From NCBI GenBank assembly GCA_963422735.1, contig OY730476.1, forward strand, positions 2,784,001-2,848,000: a stretch of 64,000 nucleotides of DNA, written 5' to 3'. Source of the stretch: Candidatus Latescibacterota bacterium (GTDB taxonomy: Bacteria > Latescibacterota > UBA2968 > UBA8231). Positions 39,398 to 50,246 of this stretch are shown here, piece by piece (position 1 is the first letter of the stretch; each line of letters starts with the position of its first letter). The translations under genes were made by a program, and so were the position numbers. The notes below the pieces were generated by a model that saw nothing but the letters and a program-made list of their open reading frames with translations, ran no database searches and was not told where the DNA came from.

Positions 39398-40669
39398 TTG
39401 CACAAAAGACACGACCCCTACTCCAGCCTGCGCGTCCCGCTCTTCCGACGTTATCTCATCGCCTCCGCGCTGGTGCGGATGGGTACGGCCGCCCAGGGCT
39501 TGGCCATCGGTTGGGAGGTGTACGACCGCACCGGCCAAGCACTCTCCCTCGGCATGGTCGGCCTCGTCCAAGCCATCCCCATGCTGCTGTTGACCCTGCC
39601 CGCCGGGTATCTAGCCGACGTCTTTGATCGCCGCAAGCTGATGATGCTCAGCTTGGCTGGCGCGACGCTCGCTTCGCTGGGCTTGGCCGTCTTTAGCTGG
39701 TACCAGATGCCGATCCACTCGATGTACTTGTTGCTCTTTTTGGATTCGTCCTTCCTCCGCCTAGGCTGGCCCGCACAACGGGCCATTGCGCCCCTGTTGG
39801 TCCCGGACGCGCTCTTTGAAAACGCCGCCAAGTGGTCAACCAGCCTGCAGCAGATCACCGGCATCGCCGGGCCGGCCATCGGCGGTTTTGTCATCGCCTT
39901 CAATCTCCAAGCCGCCTACCTCCTCAGTGCCGTCTCCTCTGCGGCCTTCATCCTCTTCCTCAGCACCATGGTCTTGCCTCCCGCCCCGCGCATCCAAGGG
40001 GGCAATATGTTCGCCCAGATCGCCGTTGGGTTGCGCTTCGTCCGCGAGCAGCCGCTCCTACTCGGCGCAATCTCGCTCGATCTCTTCGCCGTACTCCTAG
40101 GCGGCGCAGTGTACCTCTTGCCCATCTTCGCCCGCGAGATCATCGACCTCGGCCCCGTCGGCCTCGCACCCGAAGCCGCGCTCGGCTGGCTGCGTGCAGC
40201 CCCCGCCATCGGCGCCAGCATCACCGCCTTGGCCATCGCCCATTTGCCACCGACTCGCCGCACCGGCAAGACCTTGCTCTGGTGCGTGGCCGGCTTTGGC
40301 GCGGCGACCATTCTCTTTGGCCTCTCGCAAAACTTCTGGTTCTCGCTGCTGATGCTGGCGTTGATCGGTGCCTTTGACAACGTCAGCATGGTCATCCGCC
40401 GCGTCATCTCGCAGATGGGCACTCCCAACCAGATGCGGGGCCGGGTCCAAGCCGTCTCCGCCATCTTCGTCGGTGCTTCCAACGAGATCGGCGGCTTTGA
40501 ATCCGGGCTGGTGGCCCAGCTCTTCAACCCAGTCTTCTCCGTCGTCAGCGGTGGCATTGGCACGTTGCTCGTCGTCGCCGCTTGGACCGGCCTTTTTCCC
40601 TCGCTGAGAAACTTGGGCAGCCTCGCGTCGCTGACAGCCCCGCGCTCGACACCCAACCAGCGGGAATGA
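39398..40669 (+). CDS. MFS transporter
   Basis: GYLADVFDRRKL; multiple TM helices; DLFAVLLGGA. Confidence 0.92.
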   Translation: MHKRHDPYSSLRVPLFRRYLIASALVRMGTAAQGLAIGWEVYDRTGQALSLGMVGLVQAIPMLLLTLPAGYLADVFDRRKLMMLSLAGATLASLGLAVFSWYQMPIHSMYLLLFLDSSFLRLGWPAQRAIAPLLVPDALFENAAKWSTSLQQITGIAGPAIGGFVIAFNLQAAYLLSAVSSAAFILFLSTMVLPPAPRIQGGNMFAQIAVGLRFVREQPLLLGAISLDLFAVLLGGAVYLLPIFAREIIDLGPVGLAPEAALGWLRAAPAIGASITALAIAHLPPTRRTGKTLLWCVAGFGAATILFGLSQNFWFSLLMLALIGAFDNVSMVIRRVISQMGTPNQMRGRVQAVSAIFVGASNEIGGFESGLVAQLFNPVFSVVSGGIGTLLVVAAWTGLFPSLRNLGSLASLTAPRSTPNQRE

Positions 40670-40903
40670 GAGACCGATGCTCTGCGCCACTCTGAGTTAC
40701 GTATTCGCCGGAGCACCGAGGCCCTCAGTTCCCGTCTGAACGCTTCGAGACCCAGCAGACCTTGGGAGGGACACCGACTAGCCCGCGACCTAGTATCTGG
40801 TATCACCGCATCTCCCACCCGGCCCAAATGACTTGCGCCTCGTAGCCCAAGCAAATAGTATAGACCGCGACCCCGCAGACGCCGCAAAACACAGGGAAGG
40901 GAC

Positions 40904-41638
40904 ATGAAGAAAAAACTTTTCATCACCGGCGCCGCCGGCAAGGTCGGGTCCGGCCTGCGCCGTCACCTCAAAGACCGCTACGACTTTCGCCTGCTCTTCC
41001 ACCGCAATATCCCCCCGGTCGAACCAAACGACGAGATCGTGGTCTCCGATCTCGCCAACTTCGAGAACATGGTCGAGGCATGCGAAGGTATAGACACTAT
41101 CGTCCACCTCGGCATCGCCATCGTCCAGCGGGGTTATCCGCGTACGCGCTACAACCAGATGATCATGGAGACCAATATCCAAGGCACCTACAACATCTTT
41201 GAGGCCGCCCGCATCAACAAGGTCCCGGTCGTCGTCTTTGCCAGCACCAATCACGTAACGGGCTTCTACGAGAAAGAAGGCATCTACACCACCCCCGATA
41301 TGCCGATCCGCCCCGACAGCATGTACGGCGTCAGTAAGGCCTTCGGCGAAGCACTCGGCCGCTTTTACTACGACGAGTACGGCATCTCCACCTACTGCCT
41401 CCGCATCGCCAACTATCCCGACACCGAGGAAGTCAACAGCACCTATCCTCCCGGCGAAAACCGCTGGCTCAGTGCCCGCGATGTCTCCGAGCTAACCGCC
41501 TGCTGCATCGAGGCCCCCCGGCCCCAATTCGGCATCTTCTACGGAGTTTCACAGGGCGCGGACAAAAAGTGGGACCTCGCCAACGCCAAAGAACTCGTCG
41601 GCTGGGAGCCCCAAGACCGCGGTGCGCCCTCGCCGTGA
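40904..41638 (+). CDS. NAD-dependent SDR (uronate dehydrogenase-like)
   Basis: TGAAGKVG, ASTNH, RPDSMYGVSK. Confidence 0.88.
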   Translation: MKKKLFITGAAGKVGSGLRRHLKDRYDFRLLFHRNIPPVEPNDEIVVSDLANFENMVEACEGIDTIVHLGIAIVQRGYPRTRYNQMIMETNIQGTYNIFEAARINKVPVVVFASTNHVTGFYEKEGIYTTPDMPIRPDSMYGVSKAFGEALGRFYYDEYGISTYCLRIANYPDTEEVNSTYPPGENRWLSARDVSELTACCIEAPRPQFGIFYGVSQGADKKWDLANAKELVGWEPQDRGAPSP

Positions 41639-42285
41639 CCAACGTGGCCCACTTGGGCGGCGGCTACGCAGAGTCCGCACCCGACCCCGGCCCTACCATA
41701 GCAGCTCTCCTGCAAGCCGCTCGCCCCGGCAGCCCGTCTTCCCGCCTCGTGGTCTTGGGCGGGCCGCCCGGGGTCGGCAAAACCGCCATCGCCCAAGCCC
41801 TCCTCGCGCTCTGCCCAAACACCTTTCTCCTCGACAAAGACCAAACGGCCGCTGGTTTTATCCTCGAAGCGGGCGCACTGCGGGGCGACGCGCCCTCCAC
41901 GGCCTACGGCACTCAGCACTACTGGCAAAAGCTCCGTCCCCTCGAATATGCCAGCACCCTCTCCGCAGCTTGCGCTAACCTCGTCGGCACCCGCCAACTT
42001 CTTCTCGTCGGCGGCTTTGGCCCCGAGCTAGGCGCGGATGCCCTCTGGGAGGGTCTAGCTGCAAACATAGCCCCAGCCGCCCTCCGCGTCCTCCACCTCG
42101 ATCCACCGCCCCTAGACATTTGGCGCGCCCGCATGGCCAGCCGCGGCTCCCGCACCGACGCTCCCTATTTTGCCAATCTCGCGCGAGCCCTCGGCAGTCT
42201 TCCCGTCTGGGCCGGTGCCGTCCGCATCCCGACAGACGGCCCCCTGCACGCGGTCGTCCAACGCGCCCTCAACGCCCTCAGCTAA
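41635..42285 (+). CDS. P-loop kinase (AAA_33-like)
   Basis: GGPPGVGKT, LLDKD. Confidence 0.75.
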   Translation: MTNVAHLGGGYAESAPDPGPTIAALLQAARPGSPSSRLVVLGGPPGVGKTAIAQALLALCPNTFLLDKDQTAAGFILEAGALRGDAPSTAYGTQHYWQKLRPLEYASTLSAACANLVGTRQLLLVGGFGPELGADALWEGLAANIAPAALRVLHLDPPPLDIWRARMASRGSRTDAPYFANLARALGSLPVWAGAVRIPTDGPLHAVVQRALNALS

Positions 42286-42351
42286 AGGCACGAGGGTTGT
42301 GTGCATCAAGGTTGACTTTTCTCGGTTTTTCCCTTTATCTTTTGGGATGTT

Positions 42352-43608
42352 ATGTTAATCGTCCACAGTGCCTTAGGCTACTGCGTTCTCCTTGTTATAG
42401 CCTATCTCAGCGGCCGCCGCACCCGCTCCATTCCCTGGAAAACCATCGGTATGGCCACGGTGCTCCAGCTCCTGCTGGCCGCCATCCTGCTGCAACCAGC
42501 CATCCGCTCGCTGGTGTTTGGTCTCGCCAGCGACTTGACGACCCTACTCAAAAGAACCGCACTCACCGCCAATGAGTCGCTGCTGTTTAGCGGCATGAGC
42601 GCAGAGTCGTTCGTCCGCGAGCACGGGCCAGTAGTCGCCCTCGAAATCGCGGCAATTCTCATCTTTGTGGCCTCGCTTTCGCGTGTGCTCTACCACTACC
42701 GGCTCCTCCCTTGGGTCATCGCCCGGCTCAGCCGGTTCATGCAGAAGTCAATGGGCGTCAGCTCCGCCGAGAGCGTCGGAATGACCGCCAATCTCTTTCT
42801 CGGCATGACCGAAGCCCCGCTCCTGATCCGCCCCTACGTGGCCCGCCTCACCGAAAGCGAGCTGCTGTGCCTGATGATCGGCGGCATGGCCACCATCGCC
42901 GGCACCGTGATGACCATCTACGCGACCATGCTCGGAGCGATCCACCCGGATATTGCCGGGCACCTCTTCGTCGCTTCGCTGATCAGCGCACCGGCTGCCA
43001 TCGCCGTATCCAAGCTCATGATCCCAGAAACGGCACGGGCGGAAACGGCACAAGAGAAGGCGGAACTGCCCCCTAGGGACACCCTCAATGGCCTCGACGC
43101 GGCCGCCCGCGGCGCGGCCGAGGGCATGCACTTGGTGCTCAACGTCCTCGCCATGCTCATCGCCTTTCTCGGACTAGTCGCCTTGGTCAACTATGGCCTG
43201 AGCTATCTCGACGCCCTGTTCAACGGCACGCCAAGTAGCTGGAGCTTGCAAACCATAGCCGGCGTCCTCTTCCACCCCCTGACGTGGTTGATGGGTATCC
43301 CTTGGGAGGAAGCGCGGCTCGTCGGCGAGCTCATGGGCCTGAAAACCATTCTCAACGAATTCGTCGCGTACCTAGCACTCGCCCAGCAGATGGAAGGCAA
43401 CGCCGCCTTGAGCACGCGCTCGTTCATCATCGCCACGTACGCCCTATGCGGCTTTGCCAATTTTGGCTCCGTAGCTATTATGATCGGCGGCATCGGCGGC
43501 ATCGCGCCCGAGCGGCGCGGCGACTTGGCGCGCTTGGGGCTGCGCTCGCTGGTGGGCGGTACGCTCGCGACCATGGCGACCGGCTGCGTGATTGGGCTAT
43601 ACCTGTGA
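42352..43608 (+). CDS. Concentrative nucleoside transporter (NupC/CNT)
   Basis: GMTEAPLLIRPY, ATIAG, NEFVAY, YALCGFANFGS. Confidence 0.93.
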   Translation: MLIVHSALGYCVLLVIAYLSGRRTRSIPWKTIGMATVLQLLLAAILLQPAIRSLVFGLASDLTTLLKRTALTANESLLFSGMSAESFVREHGPVVALEIAAILIFVASLSRVLYHYRLLPWVIARLSRFMQKSMGVSSAESVGMTANLFLGMTEAPLLIRPYVARLTESELLCLMIGGMATIAGTVMTIYATMLGAIHPDIAGHLFVASLISAPAAIAVSKLMIPETARAETAQEKAELPPRDTLNGLDAAARGAAEGMHLVLNVLAMLIAFLGLVALVNYGLSYLDALFNGTPSSWSLQTIAGVLFHPLTWLMGIPWEEARLVGELMGLKTILNEFVAYLALAQQMEGNAALSTRSFIIATYALCGFANFGSVAIMIGGIGGIAPERRGDLARLGLRSLVGGTLATMATGCVIGLYL

Positions 43609-43660
43609 AACGCAGTGACACTTCGGGCGTCATACACTAGCTAGCTAAAGCGGGAAGCAG

Positions 43661-43909
43661 ATGAAGAGAAAAAAGACGACCTATCGCGCCCGGTTTGACG
43701 GACACCGGCGGCTCGCTGCCGCGGTCATCATCCAAGCCGTCAAAGACGTGCAGACCGCGGATTGCAATCAAGAGCGGCAGACGGCTATCGACTTCCTCAC
43801 CGGGGACATGTGGCCCTTTTCCGATGTGCTCGACCTGCCTTTAGACGGTCGCGCCCTCTGCGAGTACCTACGCACTATGGAGATCGCTTCCACCGAACCC
43901 CTTGGCTGA
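43661..43909 (+). CDS. Small hypothetical protein, phage-like
   Basis: RRLAAAVIIQAVKD, similar to 9854-10135. Confidence 0.6.
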   Translation: MKRKKTTYRARFDGHRRLAAAVIIQAVKDVQTADCNQERQTAIDFLTGDMWPFSDVLDLPLDGRALCEYLRTMEIASTEPLG

Positions 43910-43963
43910 CCTTCGGCAGAAGCGGTATTTCCCGTGGCGCATCTAACCCGGAGACGACCCCTC

Positions 43964-44776
43964 ATGGAACTTTCGCCCGCGCAGATTCGCTTCTTCGAGA
44001 CTTTCGGCTACCTCTACTTCCCGCGGCTTTTTGCCCCCGACGAGATCGCCTGGATCACCGAGGAGTTTGAGATCTCCATCCAAGCCTACGGCAACGGTGC
44101 TCAACACGACGGCACCAAGCGCACCATGTTCGGCGGCCCCATCGAGCACCGCGAGCGGCTTTGCACCCTCATAGACGACGAGCGCATCGTCGGGATCTGC
44201 AACGGCGTCCTCGGCGCGAACTTCAACTACGCCAGCGGCGACGGCAACTACTACAGCGGCGATACCGGCTGGCACCCCGATGGCAATTGGGGCCAGCTTT
44301 TCTCGGTCAAAATCGCCTTCTACTTAGACGACCTGACCCGCGACACGGGCTGCCTGTGCATACTGCCCGGCAGCCACCACCCCAACCACTTCGTCCGCGC
44401 CGAGGGCCTTGACCTCAACAAGTCTATGGAGCTGTTCGGCGTCGAGCCGCGCGATGTCCCCGGCAACCTCGCGCTCGAGACAACCCCCGGCGACCTCGTC
44501 ATCTTCAACCACGACCTCTATCACGCCTCCTTCGGCGGCGACCAGCGGCGGCGCATGTTTACCATGAACCTCACCCGTCCCTGCACCAACTATGCAGACC
44601 AAGCCACCCTCAAAGACTATCTCCGCCAGCACTCTCCCGGCGGCTACCAAGTCGTCACCGGCGGCGGCATGTTCTATCCCACCATGCTCGATACCGCCAG
44701 CCCAGAGCGCATGGTTCATCTGCGCCAATGCGCCGAAGTCCACGACGAGATCTTCCCAGAATTAGCGCGGCATTGA
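43964..44776 (+). CDS. Phytanoyl-CoA dioxygenase (PhyH) family
   Basis: FFETFGYL, WHPD, YLDDL, LPGSH, PGDLVIFNH..HAS, RR. Confidence 0.9.
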   Translation: MELSPAQIRFFETFGYLYFPRLFAPDEIAWITEEFEISIQAYGNGAQHDGTKRTMFGGPIEHRERLCTLIDDERIVGICNGVLGANFNYASGDGNYYSGDTGWHPDGNWGQLFSVKIAFYLDDLTRDTGCLCILPGSHHPNHFVRAEGLDLNKSMELFGVEPRDVPGNLALETTPGDLVIFNHDLYHASFGGDQRRRMFTMNLTRPCTNYADQATLKDYLRQHSPGGYQVVTGGGMFYPTMLDTASPERMVHLRQCAEVHDEIFPELARH

Positions 44777-44807
44777 CGGCCAGCCCACTCGTGTAGATAT
44801 TTTCTAC

Positions 44808-44883
<76 letters not shown>

Positions 44884-44889
44884 TCTTTG

Positions 44890-44926
44890 CCGAGGGGGTG
44901 CGGATGCCGTTTCCGCATCCCCTTTG
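44890..44926 (+). terminator. Hairpin/terminator after tRNA
   Basis: ggggtgcgga...tccgcatcccc followed by ttt. Confidence 0.5.
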
Positions 44927-45037
44927 GTTGCGGATTCGCGCCTTCCCATCGCCCTGCCTCATCCTTGACATTTCGCAGTTCAAAGCATAAAATAGCCTCT
45001 CGTTTCAGCCGCCTTAGCACCTCCCATTCCCATCGCC

Positions 45038-45853
45038 ATGGCCGACTCCATAGCCAAACTGGAAAAAGCATTCCGACGCGATCCGGATTCCCCGCGCTTT
45101 GCTCGCCTCGCCGATCTCTATCTCAAGCGCGGGCGCATCGAGCGAGCCCTCGAGCTTTGCCAAAAGGGCTGTGCGAATTTTCCCGATTACGCCACTGGCT
45201 TTATCGTCCTCAGCAAGTGCTATGAGAAACGGGGGGCCTTGGAAGAAGCGCGCGAGGCCATGGGGCAAGCCCTGCGACTCGACCCGGAAAACCCCGGCGG
45301 GTACAAGCGCCTCGCCCACCTCTTTGAGCAACTCGGCGTCGCGCCGCTGGCCTTGAAAAGCCTACGCCAAGCCGCATACCTCGATCCTTTCGATGCCTCT
45401 CTAGCAGAGCGAATCGACCGCTTCAGCAGCCGAACCCGCCAAGACGCGCCCGCGCCCGAAGCCGAAGAGTTTGTCGCCAGCACGCTCCCGGAAGCCCTCG
45501 AAGCCGAAACTCCTCAGCCCCAAGCCCTGCCGCCTCGGTCGCCAGAAGACCACGAGGACCTGTACGGCGACACCAACGACAGCGAATTGCTCCGCCTCTT
45601 GCAGGAGATCGAAGAAGAGAAAGCCGCCGAACCGGTGCCCGCACCTGAGGAGCCGCCCACCCCGGCCAACAGCGAGCCGAGCGCACCGAAACGCAAGCGC
45701 ATCGCCACCATGACGCTGGCCGAGATCTACACCACTCAGGGCTTGACCCAGAAGGCGATAGAAACGTATCGCGAGCTCCTCGAACAGGAGCCGACCAACA
45801 TCATCATCCGCAGCAAGCTAACTTCGCTACAAAAAGACAGCAACGCACACTAA
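45038..45853 (+). CDS. Tetratricopeptide repeat protein
   Basis: FARLADLY, ALRLDPEN, TMTLAEIYTTQG. Confidence 0.85.
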   Translation: MADSIAKLEKAFRRDPDSPRFARLADLYLKRGRIERALELCQKGCANFPDYATGFIVLSKCYEKRGALEEAREAMGQALRLDPENPGGYKRLAHLFEQLGVAPLALKSLRQAAYLDPFDASLAERIDRFSSRTRQDAPAPEAEEFVASTLPEALEAETPQPQALPPRSPEDHEDLYGDTNDSELLRLLQEIEEEKAAEPVPAPEEPPTPANSEPSAPKRKRIATMTLAEIYTTQGLTQKAIETYRELLEQEPTNIIIRSKLTSLQKDSNAH

Positions 45854-45863
45854 CGGGAGCGAT

Positions 45864-46421
45864 ATGGCAGACACCACGGATTTTAGAAACGGTTTTACTA
45901 TGTCTCTCGACGGTGCGATCTTCTCCATCGTCGAGTTTCAGCACGTCAAACCGGGCAAGGGCAGTGCCTTCGTGCGCACCAAGCTCAAAAATACCAAGAC
46001 AGGTGCCGTGCTCGACCGCACCTTCCGCTCGGGCGACAAGGTCGAAGCAGTCCGGCTCGAAAGGCACCAGATGCAATATCTATATTCCGACCAAGGACTG
46101 TACTACTTCATGGACTTGGACACCTACGATCATATCCCGGTGTCCGCAGAGATCGTCGGCGCGGCAAGTAACCTCCTCAAAGAAGGCGAGAACGCTTTCC
46201 TCCTCATAGCAGGCGAGGAGGTCGTCGCCGTTGACCTACCCAACTTCGTCTCCCTTGCCGTCTCCCACACCGAACCGGGCGTCAAGGGCGACACCGCCAC
46301 CGGCGCGGTCAAGCCAGCCACCTTAGAGACCGGCTACGTGGTACAAGTGCCACTCTTTATCAATAGAGGCGATCGGCTCAAGGTCGATACCCGCACTGGC
46401 GAATACGTAGAGCGCGTTTGA
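45864..46421 (+). CDS. efp: Elongation factor P
   Basis: QHVKPGKG, PGVKGDTA, VDTRTGEYVER. Confidence 0.98.
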   Translation: MADTTDFRNGFTMSLDGAIFSIVEFQHVKPGKGSAFVRTKLKNTKTGAVLDRTFRSGDKVEAVRLERHQMQYLYSDQGLYYFMDLDTYDHIPVSAEIVGAASNLLKEGENAFLLIAGEEVVAVDLPNFVSLAVSHTEPGVKGDTATGAVKPATLETGYVVQVPLFINRGDRLKVDTRTGEYVERV

Positions 46422-46439
46422 GAAAGGACGACACCTCCT

Positions 46440-46892
46440 GTGAACGAAGGCAAGCTGCGCAAACTGCTAGAGCTTTTCCACGATAGCGACATAGAAGAGT
46501 TAGAGATCCAACACAGCTTCTGGCACGGTACGCGCATCCGCCTGGCCCGCAACCGTGCGCCCTCACCAGTGGCACCCGCCGCGCTAGCGCCCATCGCGCC
46601 CACGCCCACTGAACCCACTGAGCCAGCGCCTACCGAAAAAACCGACGACGGTCTGCACGAGGTGCTCTCGCCCATGGTCGGCACGTTTTACCGGGCTGCC
46701 TCGCCCGAGGCCGACCTCTTTGTGCGCGAGGGGCAGCGCGTCGAAAGCGGCCAGACCCTCTGCATCATCGAAGCCATGAAGATCATGAACGAGATTCCAG
46801 CGGATATCCAAGGCGAAGTAGTCGAGATCCTCGTCGGCGACGCCCAGCCCGTTGAGTACAATCAAGCCCTGTTCAAAATTCGCCCCAGCTAA
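46440..46892 (+). CDS. accB: Biotin carboxyl carrier protein
   Basis: [17 protein letters not shown]. Confidence 0.96.
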   Translation: MNEGKLRKLLELFHDSDIEELEIQHSFWHGTRIRLARNRAPSPVAPAALAPIAPTPTEPTEPAPTEKTDDGLHEVLSPMVGTFYRAASPEADLFVREGQRVESGQTLCIIEAMKIMNEIPADIQGEVVEILVGDAQPVEYNQALFKIRPS

Positions 46893-46899
46893 GACGGCT

Positions 46900-48246
46900 G
46901 TGTTCGAGAAAGTCCTCATCGCCGATCGCGGCGAAATCGCGTTGCGCGTCATCCGCGCCTGCCAAGAGATGGGCATCGCGACGGTAGCCGTCCACTCCCT
47001 TGCCGACACCCACTCCCTGCACGTGTCCTTTGCCGACGAGGACGTCTGCATCGGGCCGGCTGCCGGCAAGGACAGCTACCGCAACATTGTCAATATCATC
47101 AGCGCCGCCGAACTGACTAACGCCGACGCGATCCACCCCGGCTATGGCCCCTTGGCCGAAAACGCCGATTTCTCCGAGATCTGCGCCGATTGCGGGATCC
47201 AGTTTATCGGCCCGCCGACCGCGTCCATCCGCAAGATGGGTGACAAGGCCGTCGCCCGCCACACTATGCAGGAGGCCGGCGTGCCCATAGTGCCGGGCAG
47301 CGAGGGCGCACTTCAATCGCTGGACGACACCCGTCAATGGGCGGAAAAGATCGGCTTCCCGCTGCGTCTCAAGGCCGCTGCTGGCGGCGGCGGGCGCGGT
47401 ATGCGGGTCGTCCGCAGCATGGATGAATTAGAAGAAGCCTATCAGATGGCGCGCCGCGAAGCACGCACTGCCTTTACCAGCGACGCAGTGTACATGGAAC
47501 GCTCCATCGAAGAGTCGCGCCACATCGAAATCCAAGTTCTCGGCGACCAGCACGGGCACCTCGTCCATCTCGGCGAGCGCGAATGTTCCATCCAGCGTCG
47601 GCACCAGAAGCTCTTGGAAGAAAGCCCCTCGCCAGTAGTCGACGCCGACTTGCGCCAACGGCTCGGCGAGTCCGCCCTCGCCGCCGCAGCGGCCGTCGGC
47701 TACTACAGCGCGGGCACCATTGAGTTCCTCGTCGGTTCAGACCACAACTTCTACTTCATGGAGATGAATACCCGCATCCAAGTCGAACACCCGGTCACCG
47801 AGATGGTCACCGGCATCGACTTAGTCGGGGAACAGATCCGCATCGCGGCTGGCGAATCCCTGAGCTTTGGCCAAGAGGACATCCAGCTCAAAGGGCATGC
47901 CATTGAATGCCGGATCAACGCCGAGGATCCCGCGCGAAACTTCATCCCCTCTTCGGGCATCATCGAGGCCCTCCACCTGCCGGGCGGACCCGGCGTCCGC
48001 ATCGACAGCCACATCTATCAAGGCTACGAGATTCCTCCGTACTACGACTCCCTGCTGGCCAAGGTCATCGCCTACGGCCCCGACCGCCAAGGTGCCATAG
48101 CGCGGATGCGTCGAGTCTTAAGCGAATGCACCATAGAAGGCGTAGCCACCACTCTGCCCTTTCACCAAACCCTACTCACCGAACCCGACTTTATCGCCGG
48201 GCAGTTCGACACCAACTACGTAGCCAACGCGGAGCGGCCGTCTTAA
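46900..48246 (+). CDS. accC: Biotin carboxylase
   Basis: [36 protein letters not shown]. Confidence 0.97.
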   Translation: MFEKVLIADRGEIALRVIRACQEMGIATVAVHSLADTHSLHVSFADEDVCIGPAAGKDSYRNIVNIISAAELTNADAIHPGYGPLAENADFSEICADCGIQFIGPPTASIRKMGDKAVARHTMQEAGVPIVPGSEGALQSLDDTRQWAEKIGFPLRLKAAAGGGGRGMRVVRSMDELEEAYQMARREARTAFTSDAVYMERSIEESRHIEIQVLGDQHGHLVHLGERECSIQRRHQKLLEESPSPVVDADLRQRLGESALAAAAAVGYYSAGTIEFLVGSDHNFYFMEMNTRIQVEHPVTEMVTGIDLVGEQIRIAAGESLSFGQEDIQLKGHAIECRINAEDPARNFIPSSGIIEALHLPGGPGVRIDSHIYQGYEIPPYYDSLLAKVIAYGPDRQGAIARMRRVLSECTIEGVATTLPFHQTLLTEPDFIAGQFDTNYVANAERPS

Positions 48247-48265
48247 ACAAGCACGAGAGGCGTTT

Positions 48266-48658
48266 ATGAGCCAGACCCAGATCCCCGAACACTTGCTCTA
48301 CTCGGAAAGCCACGAATGGCTTCTACTAGAAAGCGGCATCGCCACCATCGGCGTTACGGATTTTGCACAAACCGAGTTGGGAGACATAGTATTCGCCGAG
48401 TTGCCCGAGGTGGGCGAACACCTCGAAAGGGGCGAAACCTTCGGCACGCTCGAGGCGGTTAAGACCGTCGCCGACCTCATCGCCCCGACTTCCGGCGAGA
48501 TGCTAGAAGTCAACGACAGTCTCGCAGAAGGGGCCGAACAGATCAACGAAGACCCTTATGGCGGCGGTTGGCTGCTCAAGATCCGCATCGACGACTCTGC
48601 GGACTTGGAGTACTTACTCAGTGCCCAAGATTACGCCGACCTGCTCGCCAACCACTAA
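48266..48658 (+). CDS. gcvH: Glycine cleavage system H protein
   Basis: HEW, GVTDFAQ, EAVK, NEDPYGGGW. Confidence 0.96.
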   Translation: MSQTQIPEHLLYSESHEWLLLESGIATIGVTDFAQTELGDIVFAELPEVGEHLERGETFGTLEAVKTVADLIAPTSGEMLEVNDSLAEGAEQINEDPYGGGWLLKIRIDDSADLEYLLSAQDYADLLANH

Positions 48659-48693
48659 CCTTGCACTTGTTCATCACAAGTACGCTTTTTATA

Positions 48694-48826
48694 AGAAGCC
48701 GTCTGAAAATTCCGGGTGCGCCGCGCACTTCGCCGCGCCTGTCCTGCCTAAAGGCAGGGTGAAGCAGGCGCGACAGGCCACGAGGGGTTTGTCGCGCCTA
48801 AAGGAGCGGTGAGGCAGACAGCTTCT
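48694..48826. mobile_element. 133-bp MITE-like element with 12-bp terminal inverted repeats
   Basis: AGAAGCCGTCTG ... CAGACAGCTTCT (1 mismatch); partial copy at 39244. Confidence 0.65.
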
Positions 48827-48934
48827 AAGGAATGCAAATTGTGTCGTGGGAGGGTGAAGCTATATAAAATCCAATCCGAGGGTTGGAACATGCTAGAAAC
48901 GGCTTAAAAGCTTAAATTCAACTAGCTCTACACC

Positions 48935-49450
48935 GTGGATGGACCCTTGCTGGAAAGAACCGTACTAGTCCTCAATCAAAACTACGAGCCCCTGAGCGTC
49001 TGCAGCGTACGCCGGGCCTTGCTGCTGATCTTGCGCGGCAAGGCCGAAGCCGTCGAAAAGATGGGCGAGGTAATCCACTCGATCTCCCAAGACTATCCGG
49101 TGCCCAGCGTCGTCCGCCTCGGGCGCTACATCCGCGCCCCGCGCCGACGGGTCGTGCTTTCCAAGCGCAATATCCTCAAGCGCGATAACCATCAGTGCCA
49201 GTACTGCGGCAGCAAAGACGGCAAGCTGACGGTCGATCACATCGTGCCGCGCACCAAAGGAGGTCAAGGGACTTGGGAAAACCTCGTCTGCGCCTGCTCC
49301 CTGTGCAACAACAAGAAGGGCGAACACCGGCCCGAGCAAGTCGGCCTCGTGCTGCGCACTAACCCCAAGCGCCCCAACAACGTGAGCTTCATCCGCAACT
49401 TCGTCGGCATCGACGATCAGCGCTGGAAACCATATCTTTTTATTGACTAA
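48935..49450 (+). CDS. HNH endonuclease (McrA-like)
   Basis: LVLNQNYEPL, RD..CQYCG, TVDHIVP, NLVCAC..CNNKK. Confidence 0.93.
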   Translation: MDGPLLERTVLVLNQNYEPLSVCSVRRALLLILRGKAEAVEKMGEVIHSISQDYPVPSVVRLGRYIRAPRRRVVLSKRNILKRDNHQCQYCGSKDGKLTVDHIVPRTKGGQGTWENLVCACSLCNNKKGEHRPEQVGLVLRTNPKRPNNVSFIRNFVGIDDQRWKPYLFID

Positions 49451-49463
49451 GGCAGGCGCTCTC

Positions 49464-50246
49464 ATGGAACGCGACGCGATCGAACAAGAAGAATCGGCTC
49501 TCTACGAAGTCAAGCTCGACGTCTTTGAAGGTCCGATGGACCTGTTGCTCTATCTGATACGCAAAGACGAGTTGGACATCTACGACATTCCCATCGCCCA
49601 CATCACCACCCAGTACTTGGGCTTTTTGCAACACATTCACCAGCTCGACATCGAGCAGGCCAGCGACTTCATCCTCATGGCGGCCACCCTGCTGCGGATC
49701 AAGTCGCAGATGATGCTGCCCCGCGAGGAACTCGGTCTCGACGACGACGGCGAAGAAGACCCAAAGGCAGAGTTGGTCCGCCGCCTGCTAGAGTACCAGC
49801 AGTTTAAGGACATCGCCGACTGGTTGGGCGTGCGCAAAGACGAGCGGCGCGACGTGTACCTGCGCCGCCAAGGGCCTGGCGACAGCGTTAAAGAGTCGGC
49901 CCAGTTACGGCCCGTATCGCTCTTCGACCTATTGGTCGTGTACAAGCACGTGCTCGACACTGTGCCCAAAAACCTAGTACACCAAATCGTCGAAGAAGAG
50001 GTCTCGGTCGCCGAGTGCATAGACTATCTGTTGGCGGTGCTCGTGCGCTGCTCGCGCATCAGCTTCATGGACTTGCTCCAAGGCCGCGACCGCCAAGCCC
50101 TAATCGCCACCTTTGTCGGGGTCCTAGAACTGCTCAAATCGCAGCGCGTCCGCGTGCAACAGGCGCGGCCTTTCGACGAGATCTGGATCGAACAATCACC
50201 ACTCCAACCGACCGCAGCGGAGGCTATTCAGACCCGTGACCCATGA
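49464..50246 (+). CDS. scpA: Segregation and condensation protein A
   Basis: FEGPMDLLLYLI, MAATLLRIKS, LVRRLLEY. Confidence 0.95.
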   Translation: MERDAIEQEESALYEVKLDVFEGPMDLLLYLIRKDELDIYDIPIAHITTQYLGFLQHIHQLDIEQASDFILMAATLLRIKSQMMLPREELGLDDDGEEDPKAELVRRLLEYQQFKDIADWLGVRKDERRDVYLRRQGPGDSVKESAQLRPVSLFDLLVVYKHVLDTVPKNLVHQIVEEEVSVAECIDYLLAVLVRCSRISFMDLLQGRDRQALIATFVGVLELLKSQRVRVQQARPFDEIWIEQSPLQPTAAEAIQTRDP

